Assembly (NCBI GenBank): GCA_964016885.1
Contig: OZ024743.1
Coordinates: 267,964,001-268,028,000, forward strand
DNA length: 64,000 nucleotides
Source of the DNA: Eledone cirrhosa
Lineage: Eukaryota
Direction of reading: 5' to 3'
Positions within the stretch are counted from its first letter, which is position 1, and every line of letters starts with the position of its first letter. The notes under the pieces were generated by a model. That model was not told the DNA's origin, ran no database searches, and saw only the letters and a program-made list of their open reading frames with translations. Positions 12,728 to 31,206 of the stretch are shown piece by piece. The position numbers and the translations under genes were made by a program.

Positions 12728-13879
12728 CATATATTTATATATGCATAAGCGTAAGTACATATGTTCCGGCACCCAACCTATAAACACACACGTACACATA
12801 CAGACGCATATATTTACAAGCACAATCAGACACACACAACTATACCCCTATATTTAACTTATATATATATTTACTTAAGGAATTTATAATTATGAAATTA
12901 CGCGATAGATCACTGTTAACTCTCTACAGACCATAAATGTTGTTTTGGTTTTTAATAGATCATCATAAACTAGAGAAAATGCCTAGAATTCTTTTTATTA
13001 GACACTTCCCTTCCAAATTATATGGAGATATAAGAAATATAGATATTATTTTTCATAGAATTAGAGGGAGAAACATTGGCAACGGGTATATGAATCAGAT
13101 TTTGTGAGATTTGTGTCTTTCTTAAACACATTACGTACGCCAGTTGTCAGCTTTCCCAAAGCCGTAAATAACAATTAATAGCTAACGGACCAGCCTATAT
13201 ACATTGGCATACGACTTGACTATTTATTGAAGTATAACTCTCTATAATATCTCTTCATATTACTTCATACTCCAAACATATGTCTTATCACGTTCTGAAG
13301 AATAACCCAAAATTGGTTTCGGGTAATTTGTTAATTACCTTTTATGTTTTGTGTTCAACTAATCTTAATATCGACATTGTTCTCAACTTTTCATGTTAAT
13401 AGAATATTTACCTATCAAGTACACGGTTAGTTACCATTCATTTCCCAGCGGTTTTTTATGGGGATGGTGGTGGTGGTGGTGGTGTGTGTGTGTGTGGGGG
13501 GGGGGGGGGGATGAAATAAATATCGTTTTGATTTCTTCATAAATCGCCAAATTCGCTCTGCAATTTCTAAACAGAAGATATCCAAAAACCATTATGCAGA
13601 GGTGCTGCAATGTGTTGACGTTTTCCTCATTAGAAAGTGTTCAATATCACTAGCGAGTAAAACTTTTCGGGCTGTTGTCTTCAGAGAATGGTGAAGAAAC
13701 CTAAAATGATGTATATTTACCCATTTACCGTGCAGAGAAAAAAAATAATTTGACAATTTTAGATGGAAACATGTGAATATAATATATAGGATAACAAAAC
13801 AAACTCTTCTTTATTCAAATACTGTTTATTACTAATAGTTGTGTGGAATGATTTGTCTGTATATTATATATGTTTTAAC

Positions 13880-14072
13880 GGTGGATTTAGCGGTGGATTG
13901 GCAGTATCGGTAGAGGGTCGGACGCCATGCTTTCCAGCATAGTTACGTCCCTTTACGATCTGAGTTCAAATCCCGCCGAGGTTGACTTTGCCTTTCATCC
14001 TTACGCGGTCGATAAAATAAAGTACCAGTAATGCACTGGATAGTTGCTGGCCTTGTGCCTAAAGTAGAAACA
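13880..14072 (+). mobile_element. tRNA-derived SINE with 17-bp TSD
   Basis: SINE consensus; attatatatgttttaac at 13863-13879 and 14073-14089. Confidence 0.9.
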
Positions 14073-14165
14073 ATTATATATGTTTTAACATTCTAAAAAT
14101 ATAAATAGAAATGTAGAATATGGAGCAAATATATACGTAAATGTGTGTATGTGTGTGTGTGATCT

Positions 14166-14197
<32 letters not shown>

Positions 14198-14239
14198 CAT
14201 GATTGTCGGCTAAAGGGTTAATAGGCTGAAAAGTCCAAT

Positions 14240-15620
14240 GGGTTGACCAAGAAGCTGAAGTTACAAGAAGTATTAAAGAGCCAAAATGTGGCAAGGCCGC
14301 TGGCTGGAGAGAATGAAATTAGTCCCAAAGTGTTAAAAGGCTTGAGTAGAGAAGGTGTTTTCTGGCTGAATCGGGTGTGCCGAATGACCTGGATCTCTGG
14401 TAACGAACCTAAGAAATGCTTATTGTGAGTAATGCTAATTTTCTAAAAGCGGGACAAGAGAGATTATAGAGGGACCTCTTTATTCAGCCTCCCCGTTAAA
14501 GTATATGCTATTTGTCTGGAAAATAGATGTAGGGATGTTGTCGTGTCCAAGTTAGCTGACGAACAGTGAGGCTTTCGTCTCGGGCACAGACCAAATATTG
14601 ACCAAATATTCACACTGCGGCAGGTCTTTGAGAAATCGCCTGAGTACTACCAAGAGGTGAATGCTTATTTCGCAGACCTCGAAAATGATATATGACCGCA
14701 TTTTTTGTTGAGGGTTCTACAGGAATAAAGATCGACTGATAGCATTTTGTTTCTCTGATGTCTCTATATGAATGCCCTAGTATTTGTTCTTAGTCGAAAC
14801 CATTTAATGTGTGTGTCGATCTCCACCAGTTGTGCTCATTGTCACTTCTGTTCATAAACTTTATTGACAGGCTTGATTTGTGCAACTGGGCTGGAAGTGA
14901 TATCACAATTGAAAGGTGTAGGATCAGTCAGTTGAAATTTGCGGACGACATAATATTATTAAACTCGTCAGAAGTTGATCTCCGACATGCTCGTGATAGG
15001 TTTGCTGTTGAAGGCTGCACAGAAACAATGAAAATCAGAGCTACGACGCATGAGACCCTCGTCGCCTCAATGAAGCCAAACGTTGCTTTCTGTATGTGTG
15101 GCGCCCCATTAAAGCAGGTTGAAAGTTCAAGGTTGTTGGGACCATGGCCACGAGTGATGGAAGTCAGGAGGCTGAATTAAGCACAATAATCGCAGGAGCT
15201 GTTGCAATAATTCGCCAGATTTAAAATTTGATCATCAGAAATAGGAAGGTAGGTGTAAAGGCTAAAACGTTTTCAAGATATTCTTGCCACGCCTTAACTA
15301 TGGTGATGAATCTCGGGTAATGACTGAAAGAATGTGATCGGAAATACAAGCGGCGGAAATGGGTTCATCGAAGGGCACAGGAATATCGTAACTCGATAGA
15401 TTGTGTAATTCGTAGATCAGCGAGTCGCTTCAGAAAGCACGGCTACTTGTCCTGTTTGAGAGACCGAAGCTCCAATATTAAGGGAATAGGGTGAGAATGT
15501 TACAGGAAAAGGACACTGGACAGATTTACAGAAAAAAAATAACCGGCAGCTCTCCCGGGGTAGACCGTGAGCAGGTTGGTTGGATAACATCCATGAGCTT
15601 GACTGATCCCGCTTGGTTGA
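14240..15620 (+). pseudogene. Decayed RTE-clade LINE reverse transcriptase
   Basis: Frame fragments: AGENEISPKVLKGL..WLNRVCRMTWISG, YRGTSLFSLPVKVYA, EQ*GFR, DQIFTLRQVFEK, LLFINFID, LKFADDIILL, IQAAEMG; many stops and frameshifts. Confidence 0.85.
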
Positions 15621-15844
15621 TGCAGCCGGATCAATTGGTTGGAAATGTTGGAACATCGGAGTTTGGAAAAGGTGTTTGAAGGAGTTTTGTGGTAGTAGCT
15701 GGGTAATTACCTTGAATCTTGGAACTATTCACCCATGGATTAGCAACGGATTAACCAGTCTTCAGCCTTTGATCTCTCTTTATCTGTCTGTCACTTTCTC
15801 TCTCTGTCTCTCTCATTCTCCTTCTCTCTTTCTTTCTCTCTCTC

Positions 15845-15875
<31 letters not shown>

Positions 15876-16100
15876 CCAGTGTGATCTACCTTTCGCAGTA
15901 GGGGGTATATATATATATATATATATATGGAGAAAAAATTTACGAAATGGAAATGCGGGTATACAGAATTTATTAGGTAACAATTGTTTCTATAGTGTAT
16001 GAGTTACCTATACTTCGCTACTTGAATAATACACAAATATTATCAAAAACCGAAAGTACACTGTAAGCCAACACACCATGTCATCAGACCTTTGTATTAG

Positions 16101-16123
16101 AAGCGATCCCATTATGTGTTGTG

Positions 16124-16199
<76 letters not shown>

Positions 16200-16222
16200 C
16201 ACAACACATAATGGGATCGCTT
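16101..16222. repeat. Perfect 122-bp palindrome: 25-bp unique arms around (AT)n
   Basis: aagcgatcccattatgtgttgtgtt (16101-16125) / aacacaacacataatgggatcgctt (16198-16222). Confidence 0.9.
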
Positions 16223-16475
16223 GATAGTTTGGCGTCTTTACTCGTAGATTTCATGTATTCGAGTATCCTTGCCGGGCATATATACATTTAAGGGGCAGCC
16301 TTCTTGGTGGGGTTATGTCTGTGATTTCATGAATTGAAATTGCAATTTAAAATCTACCTCTCAATCTACCACCTCCCCTCCCCCTCTCTCTCTATGTCTC
16401 TCTCTCTCTCTCATTCGCTGTCTCTCTGTCTGTATATATATATGCATACACACACACATATATATATATACATAC

Positions 16476-16552
<77 letters not shown>

Positions 16553-16645
16553 CACACATATATATATATACACATACACACACACATATATATATATATA
16601 TATGCCTTTATATGTATATATATACTTACCCAACTCTTAATCTTT

Positions 16646-16679
<34 letters not shown>

Positions 16680-17542
16680 TTCTGTTTCACTTACATTTGT
16701 TTTACAGTATTTTGCGATGATTATGGTTTTATTTTTCTTCCTCCCTCTCATTTATTATTTCGTTTTGCAATTAACTACGGTAAGCAATTAAAATATTATT
16801 GATTGCTGTTGATGTTCGCATTCTCTCTTACTTGAGTGTTTTAATTTTTTATTATTGATTTGTTTTTTGCCTTTACTATCATCGTCACCATGCATATGAT
16901 CTGATCATCAGGCTCAAGATCATCACAAGGATCACATTGCCATCATCATCATCATATTCGTCATTTTCATGCTCCTTATCATCATCTTTATTATCATCAT
17001 TCACATAATCAATATCATAATCATCATTTATAATCGTCATCCCGCTTCTTCTTCTTCTTCTTCTTCTTCTTCTTCTTCTTCTTCTTCTTCTGTCTTTCAC
17101 AGTACCCATTTCCACCCCCTTCACATTCAAGACAATCTCATTCTACCCTAGCATATCCTACCATTTTCTAATACTCTCACTTCATATACAGCCACTTCCT
17201 TGTCCCATTTTCTCTTCTTACTCCTCCACACTACTGCAACTATTACAGCCACCAACGGATTAACGACTGTACCTTGAACATCCCAACCACATGAACACAG
17301 CCCACACATACACACATACACAGACATATTCTCACCTTCTCTCACACGCATATACATGGACAGACAGTCACACAACCACACAAACATAAACACACAGATA
17401 CACACATATATATATATGCTTCAGTATACGAAGGAGAAAAAGAGTACTCAACATAGGATTACTGAGAGTACTCTCTGTATTACTGATATAGAGTAGTACA
17501 TGTTTCACGTAAGAATTCAAGTTCGATATATCCCGTGAGTTG

Positions 17543-17608
<66 letters not shown>

Positions 17609-17657
17609 TATCCATATATATATATATACATGTATATATTTATATATATATATATAT

Positions 17658-17850
17658 AGTTTTAATATAGATGAGATTCTACAGGACTAGAACTGTTTCA
17701 TTCAGTAGAAATCATCAGGAATCTGATGATTTCTAATGAATGAAACAGTTCTAGTCCTGTAGAATCTCATCTATATTAAAACTGTTATACTCTGCTATGT
17801 ATTGAGTACCTTACTTACTGTGGTTACCTCCGATTTAACCCGGAATAACG
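17658..17850. mobile_element. Family F fold-back cassette (61-bp arms, 4-nt loop, 67-bp tail) built on a hammerhead
   Basis: Arms 17658-17718/17723-17783. Minus strand 17676-17722 reads attc-CTGATGA-tttctactgaat-GAAA-cag ttctagtc ctg-TA-gaat. Second copy at ~40149-40215. Confidence 0.85.
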
Positions 17851-17881
<31 letters not shown>

Positions 17882-17905
17882 ACAAATATATATATATAAA
17901 CATAT

Positions 17906-17945
<40 letters not shown>

Positions 17946-18015
17946 CCACATATATATATATATACATATATATATTTATATATATGTGTATATATATATA
18001 TATATACATATCCAC

Positions 18016-18046
<31 letters not shown>

Positions 18047-18052
18047 CATATC

Positions 18053-18102
<50 letters not shown>

Positions 18103-18328
18103 TACAAACACACATCTACATATATATATACACACACACATATACATATATGCACACATAAACATGTGTACATATATATGTGTGTACGTATATATAAATA
18201 TATATGTGTATAATTATAATCAGGTGTTTCAAATAAAGTTCCTATATAGCAGAATACTATATATTTATACACACTCACACACACATATATATACATATAT
18301 ATTCATATATGTGTGTGCGTGTGTGTTT

Positions 18329-18372
<44 letters not shown>

Positions 18373-19617
18373 TGTGTATACATATATATATATATATTCA
18401 TATATATGATATATATATACATATATATATATATATTTGTCATTGTTATTTTTATTGTTGTGTAAATTTATTACTTTTGTTACTTCTTTTTGAGTTTGTT
18501 TTTCGATGCTGATTGTCCGATGTGACGTTGTGATGCGAAGTATTTGTTTGTGTTTTCTAAACGATATTTTATATATTTTTATTTACTTATTTATATATTC
18601 ACATATTTATTTCTTCTTATATTTCTCCTCCTGCACACTACCTGCTTCATATCGGCCCCACATTGCAATGACGTCTTAGCAATATTATTTTCGTCTAATA
18701 ACAAAAGATTGTTCATTAAAAGTAATTGATCTGTCAGAAATTATAAATGATATTCAAGTTGAAAAATTGCTTTAACACAACTCCTCTCTAGATATCCAAC
18801 TACCTCCACTACCTCCCACTTTATCCCCTACCCCGTCACTCTCTACACCAGCAGCGAAATATACCGTCTCTAGACACCCCGTCAGCCTCACGTTCCCAAA
18901 CCACTCACACCTTATCTTTACAACCTCTACTAGACCATATTTTCTAAAAACACTCACTTCAACTACGCACAAGCTGGCATCACGCAAATAGCACTTCTAC
19001 TGCCATCATTATCTTCACTACTACCACAATCAACAACACTTTATTAACAGCACCTACACACCATCAGTACCACAACAAGCTTTCCTATCACAAAACCACT
19101 ACCATCAACAAAAGGGGTAGTGCCCCGACCACCAGCACATTCCCTACCACAATCTTCAAGTACGCACACAATGTTACCACAAATAACACAACCACTGCCA
19201 GCATCAAGAACACCATACCAGCAACACCAACACAAGCCCACCCTGACTAAAACCTCTGACAACAACACGACATACACACGTTTCAATCACGTACACACTG
19301 GCACCACGCAAACAGGACCACACCTGTAATCATACCCACCACTATTCCGTCACCACCAAGACTACTAACAATAACAACATCAATATTAATAAAAACACTA
19401 CCACTGACCTCTCGTCTGAGAGTAACTTCCACAAGACCAGAAAAACCTCCACAAATTTTCAATAACTATTACCCTACCACTAATTTGGCAATGTGCAAAG
19501 TCAATACCACCACTAAACCTATCACTAACACCACCTTGAATATAACTAAGAGCAGCCTCCTCCTACTCCTCATCTGCAACTCGTCATCATCATCATCATC
19601 TTCATTATTACGAATAT

Positions 19618-20001
19618 AAGTGCAGTGGATTAGCAGTATCGGTGAAGGATCGGATGCCATGCTTTGCAGCATAGAGTTACGTCCATTTAATGTCTGAGTT
19701 CAAATACCGCCGAGATTAGCTTTGCCTCTCATACTTACAAGGTCGATAAAATAAAGTACCGGTAATGCACTGGGATAATTGCTGGCCTTATGCCAAAAGT
19801 AAAAACAATTATTACGAATATAAGGTCGCTGGATTGGCAGTATTGGTGGAGGATGGACGCCATGCTTTGCTGCATAGAGTTACGTCTCTTTACGGTTTTA
19901 GTTCAAATCCCGCTTTGACTTTCATTCTTACGGGGTCGATAAAATAAAGTACCAGTAATGCACTGGGATAATTGCTGGCCTTGTGCCAAAAGTAGAAACA
20001 A
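19618..20001 (+). mobile_element. Two tandem tRNA-derived SINEs
   Basis: Two SINE consensus copies separated and flanked by three copies of attattacgaatat (19604, 19808, 20002). Confidence 0.9.
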
Positions 20002-20589
20002 TTATTACGAATATCAGATTAGTTTCACCAACGCAAGGGCCATCTCTCCATTTACCACTTCTACCCTAATAGCCATCATTACCACCACCATCATCATCGT
20101 CAGAACCACCGCTAGCATCACATCACTTTGCACGATATCACTCAAAATAACATCACCACTCCCGCCACCCTTCTTGCCAACACAATTACTATTGCCATCA
20201 CTGACAGTAGCAAGAACAACAACACAAAATATCAACATCAAAAATAACGTAACTACTGCCTTCATCGAAATTCATTGAAAATAAACCTCATCTCATTCAT
20301 TTTCATCTCAAGTAGTCTTGTAGCACCATAACCCAAAGCATCCCTACTAAAAGCAAACGCAAACAGACACAGACAGACTCACACACGCACACCTACACAC
20401 ACACACACACATACGCGCGCGCGCGCGGTAATGCATGCAATCAAGCAAGATGATCCTGTGAGTATACAGGTGAAACTCCGATATAACAAGACGCATCATT
20501 TAGCCATGAACATTGAAACTCCACTTCGGCATTTTATACTCATTCTCAAGTCTGTCAACATCGCATGGTTACTCCCCCCCCCATATATA

Positions 20590-20694
<105 letters not shown>

Positions 20695-20714
20695 GTATAT
20701 ATATATACATATAC

Positions 20715-20771
<57 letters not shown>

Positions 20772-20775
<4 letters not shown>

Positions 20776-20897
20776 CCGTTTATCTTTCACCGAAAGTGAT
20801 TTTTCATTACATCTCTTCTTTCCATGATATCCGGAATACATTGAGTTCTTCATACGGATTGGACACTACCGTAAACTCTTGGTAGATTTATCTACAT
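20772..20897 (+). mobile_element. Solo 3' tail of family E cassette inside (TA)n
   Basis: Apparently identical to ~30028-30153 (tataccgtttatctttcaccgaaagtg...gatttatctaca). Confidence 0.85.
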
Positions 20898-20964
20898 ATA
20901 TATATATATATATAAAATAAAGTTAAATAAAAAGTCAAATGATTAAAATTTAGCTTCGTTTATT

Positions 20965-21019
20965 ACTGCTATATATATTTCAGTGACAGCCATCTTTGGC
21001 TGTGACCTCTTCAGGCAGT
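20965..21019 (-). ncRNA. Type I hammerhead ribozyme motif, intact core
   Basis: actgc-CTGAAGA-ggtcacagcca aaga tggctgtcact-GAAA-tatata-TA-gcagt; lies inverted just upstream of the PLE coding remnant. Confidence 0.85.
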
Positions 21020-21135
21020 TTGAATTAGTATGGTATAGACAAGTACATATATTGTTGAGGTGTATAATTTTGTCAATACTCTGATATGCCCAGTTCCTGG
21101 TTGGGTTGTTATTTTATTGAGGAACTGGAATCATA

Positions 21136-23114
<1,979 letters not shown>

Positions 23115-23216
23115 TATGTGTGTGTATGTGTGTACAAAGTAAACATAAATGACAAACCAAACGACGCAGTATTATGAAAAGATATATTAGATAAATGCTT
23201 GAAATAGCAGGAAAAG

Positions 23217-23256
23217 TATCTTAACGATTCGGACAATAGTCCTTCATCAGAAGATA
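23217..23256 (-). ncRNA. Minimal hammerhead motif with one core substitution
   Basis: tatctt-CTGATGA-aggac tatt gtcc-GAAT-cg-TT-aagata (GAAA>GAAT). Confidence 0.6.
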
Positions 23257-23601
23257 GAATGATAAATAAAAGATGAAATAGAAAGATGAAGATGGAGAAG
23301 ATGAACGAATGTAAATATAATTGAGGAAGGAATATTTAATATAAAAATGGCTTCTACAGGACACCATCTTGTTTTTGTGAGTTGTCTCTCCTTTGTTCTG
23401 TAGGACAGAACAGAGGGGGTGGGGGGCACAAAATAAAAGCCTTTTCACTGAGGAGGTCACAAAATGTGTGCCGAAAATGCTTTGATAATATATAAACAAC
23501 GATCCGGTTATTGTAACAACCAACCGGAAATTTATACTAAATTAAAGTGAAAACTAACAGTTGCGTGTGCTTTTATTGGCAGCATGACCCTACTAAAGTA
23601 T

Positions 23602-23636
<35 letters not shown>

Positions 23637-23639
<3 letters not shown>

Positions 23640-23930
23640 AAAAATACGAGGTTTCACATTAAAGTTTTTATTGATTAGGCCTAGTTAGGAACGTTTCACT
23701 GATTCATGGCTAAAGATCATTATTTTTGTCATAGACCCGGCTGCAGCCCCGATCTGCTCATCCGACTTTATAATCAAGGGTAAGCAGAAACTCAACTCAT
23801 CCTAATCAATAAAAACCTCCACGTGACACCTCGTTTTCCTCTTCATTATGAACCCCGTCTGCTATAGCATAGACTGGTAATATTTCTATCCTCCTCAGTC
23901 TACCACAAATTAACTGAATTATCTTATATA
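23637..23930. mobile_element. Old, diverged fold-back cassette
   Basis: aagaaaaatacgaggtttcac..tttttattgattagg against cctaatcaataaaaac..gtgacacctcgttttcctctt, plus a one-sided tail; between (TA)n tracts. Confidence 0.6.
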
Positions 23931-24007
23931 TATATATGTATATATATCGAAGGAGTATAACTTGGAGTTACTGTAGGTTCACCCGGGTGATATATATGTG
24001 TATATAT

Positions 24008-24127
<120 letters not shown>

Positions 24128-24144
24128 TTGTACATAATACGAAT

Positions 24145-24465
24145 GTAAGTAGGAAACAAGTTAATTGGAAGCCCGACAATGCGTGTGGATATAAGTGCTA
24201 AGGTAATAAGAACTTGAGAAAAAAGATAAAACAGTGAGAATGATAGAAAGTTACTTTACCAATTTTAATGATCCAAAATATGTTCGGATTAAACCATCCA
24301 TTATCAAGGGCAGACCGTGGGGTGTCCTCCTCGAGAAATCTGAGAAATATCTTGGGTGCTTAGTCTATTTAATTTGATTTTTTTCCTCCAACTCTTATTA
24401 CCATAACACATATCTCAAACGCACTGTCGGCCTCCCAAATAACGAAACTTATTTCCTAGTTATAT
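24145..24465. repeat. Old, diverged inverted repeat (~80-bp arms)
   Basis: taggaaacaagtt..ccgacaatgcgt..ggtaataaga against tcttattacc..acgcactgtcgg..aacttatttccta. Confidence 0.6.
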
Positions 24466-24973
24466 CTGTCTTTCATATTCCAAAATGCTTCGAGCAAACT
24501 ACAACACTTTATATATAATAAATATTTGTATGATGTAATATAGGCTTTTAGTTTATATCCTGTGCGGAAGACCTGTTCTTATCCTTTTTTTATTTCTTCA
24601 ATTAAGTCTTATGTAGAAGTCACGAGCGATTTATAATTATTTATAATTATTTGCTGAGAATCTTCAATTAAAAAGTCTTACCTTAGATATGATGAGATGT
24701 GAGCCGATGTGTTTTTGTTAATCGTATCGACACATATATATTCACGCATACAGGCACACAGATATACGTACTAACAGACACACTGACAAGCAGACACCCA
24801 CCAACATCACCAACTTTCCACACTAATATCTAACTATCTATCAGAAGATCCCGTTAAGGGTGAAAGCAGCGACTCTTTGCTAAATCCGTTATTTTAATAT
24901 ATATATATATATATAACCTAACATATCCCTTCCATATACGGTACCGATTGTGTTGTTATTTCTGTTTAGCTTT

Positions 24974-25046
<73 letters not shown>

Positions 25047-25053
<7 letters not shown>

Positions 25054-25722
25054 TTAGAGTTTTAAACTCAAAAAGTAATTTACAATTAATTAACTCAAAG
25101 AAAGAAGCATTTCTGAACCGTGAAATACAAGTTAATATAAATTAATATATGATAAACACATAAGTGTTTGTATTGCAAAAGACGAAGTTAGCTAGAATGA
25201 AATAAACTAATTAAAATAAATATAGTTTGTCTGTCTCGATATAAATCAATAAAAACAAACCTATATTGGCAAAAGCCGTGATTCCTGGACAAATTTAAAT
25301 TTCAAAATGCAAACCTGCTCCGTAGATGAATTTGAACTTCAAAACCTAAATATGTTTCGCAACGATGGTATAAAAAGTGAAATATTCAAATCTTCTCTGC
25401 TTATCAACAGGAATCCAGAAAAATTAGGACATTTCACCTCCAAAAAATTTTCTAGGACTGGTTCACAAGTACAAACGCCCGAGGTACACAGCTCACTAGC
25501 TATCTCATACTCACAGTGCTAGAAATAACAGCCGTTTATATGGGATTAAAAATTAGCTCAACAAGCAAGGAGCCGTAATATTATATTATATTTAGAGTTT
25601 TAAACTCAAAAAGTCATTTACAATTAATTAGCTCAAAGAAAGAACCATTTCTGAGCCGTGAAATACAAGTTAATATATGATAAACACATAAGTCTTTGTA
25701 TTGAAAAAGACGAAGTTAGCTA

Positions 25723-25727
<5 letters not shown>
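25047..25727 (-). mobile_element. Family H non-coding 538-nt unit with ~140-bp terminal redundancy
   Basis: tatttagagttttaaactcaaaaagt at 25051 and 25589. HHR-like motif on minus strand ~25345-25415: cctg-TTGATAA-gca..tgc-GAAA-cata-TT-tagg. Homologous to 30363-30925 and 53189-53937. Confidence 0.75.
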
Positions 25728-25783
<56 letters not shown>

Positions 25784-25816
25784 GCTAGAATATATATATA
25801 TATACATATAGCTAGA

Positions 25817-25856
<40 letters not shown>

Positions 25857-26044
25857 AAGAAAAAAAGATGAGGTCGGAAATGCTAATGGAGTCTTATTAA
25901 GAATATTTATTTGTTTCCTTTACCGGTTTCACATTTGTATTTTCAATTTCATCTTTTTTCCTTATACTTTCACTCGTGTAGGACACCCCGTTTTTTTTTC
26001 AGTTTGAAAAAAACCCTCAATTTCTTATATATATATATAGCGGA

Positions 26045-26548
26045 GATTAATTTTAGTCTACGACTTCTGCTATACCATTTACGTGGTTTTGTCTTTGCGT
26101 GCTATTGTTCTCCACGCTCCACATATGACTTATTATCTTCGTTTTTTCGTTCATTGCCAGAGAACGTCTCTATGCACCACCTAAGAGAACATTAGTCTAC
26201 GACCTCTTTTATACCATAAACGTGGTTCTGTCTTTGCGCGTAATTGTTTTTCACCGCTCCTATTAATGACGTATTATTCGTTTTTTCTCGTTCTTTGCCA
26301 GCGAACGTTACCACGAACCAAAGTATCGTCTTCCTGTCTTCCTCCGGTTGCAACGTTTTTTGAAATATCCAGTTCTGCGTTTACAGATTGACTTTGTTAG
26401 TTTCAGAAGATCCCGTTAAGGGTGAAAGCAGCGATTCTTTGCTTAAACTTTAATCTGTTATTTTAATAAATATTTGCTCTACGGTTCTTATATATTTGAT
26501 ATATATTTTCCTTATCGAGCCCTCTTTGGATTTTAGTCTTCAATTTTA
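26045..26548 (+). mobile_element. Family B cassette (longest copy) with an internal ~139-bp tandem duplication and variant HHR at 26399-26449
   Basis: tagtctacgac.. repeated at ~26055 and ~26193. Region 26300-26470 matches 40270-40438 on the minus strand. Confidence 0.7.
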
Positions 26549-26555
26549 TTATTAT

Positions 26556-30153
<3,598 letters not shown>

Positions 30154-30202
30154 TATATATATATATATATAGGTTATATATATATATATATATATATATA
30201 GG

Positions 30203-30270
<68 letters not shown>

Positions 30271-30299
30271 TTATATATATATATATATATATATATAGG

Positions 30300-30362
<63 letters not shown>

Positions 30363-30366
<4 letters not shown>

Positions 30367-30925
30367 TATGAATAACGAGTTCTAAACTCAAACAGTCCTT
30401 TAAAATGAAATAGTTCAAAGAAAGAAGTATTTCTGAGCCGTGTAATACAAGTTAATATAAATTAATATATATGATAAACACAAATACCAACATATAAGTG
30501 TTTGTATTGTAAATTACTAAGTTAGCTAGATTGAAAAATAGTAATTATAATAATATAGTTTGCCTGTCTCGATTTAAAATAATAAATTAAAACAAATCAT
30601 ATTGCCAAATGGCCGTGGTACATGGACAAATTTAAATTTCAAAATCCAAACCTGCTCAGTAGATAAGTTTAAACTTCAAAATCCAAATAAGTTTCGATAA
30701 ATGAAAAAGTGAAAAATACCAAATTCAGATCTCATCAGCTAGTACCCTGAAAAATTGGTATGTTTCACTTCAAAATATTTAAGAAAACTGATTGACGCAC
30801 ATGGTTTTTCAGTGTCTAGCTGCCTCATATTCGTGCTGCTAGAAATAACAGCCGTTTTTATGGGGCTAACAATTAGCTCGACAGGAGGAACCGTGATACT
30901 ATGAATAACGAGTTCTAAACTCAAA
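30363..30925 (-). mobile_element. Family H 533-nt unit with ~28-bp terminal redundancy
   Basis: actatgaataacgagttctaaactcaaa at 30365 and 30898. CTGATGA-gat..atc-GAAA on minus strand at ~30690-30740. Confidence 0.75.
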
Positions 30926-30939
30926 AATATACATATATG

Positions 30940-31028
<89 letters not shown>

Positions 31029-31071
31029 GTGTATATATATATGTATATATATATATGTATATATATATATG

Positions 31072-31118
<47 letters not shown>

Positions 31119-31206
31119 TCATATGTAAATGTATATATATATATATATGCACGCCGCCAGAGATTCGATTTTACTAAGTATTCAATTATATATATATATA
31201 TATATG

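Noticed and set aside
13290-13340. CTGAAGA followed by a hairpin
   Set aside because: No correctly placed GAAA/UH or stem I partner.
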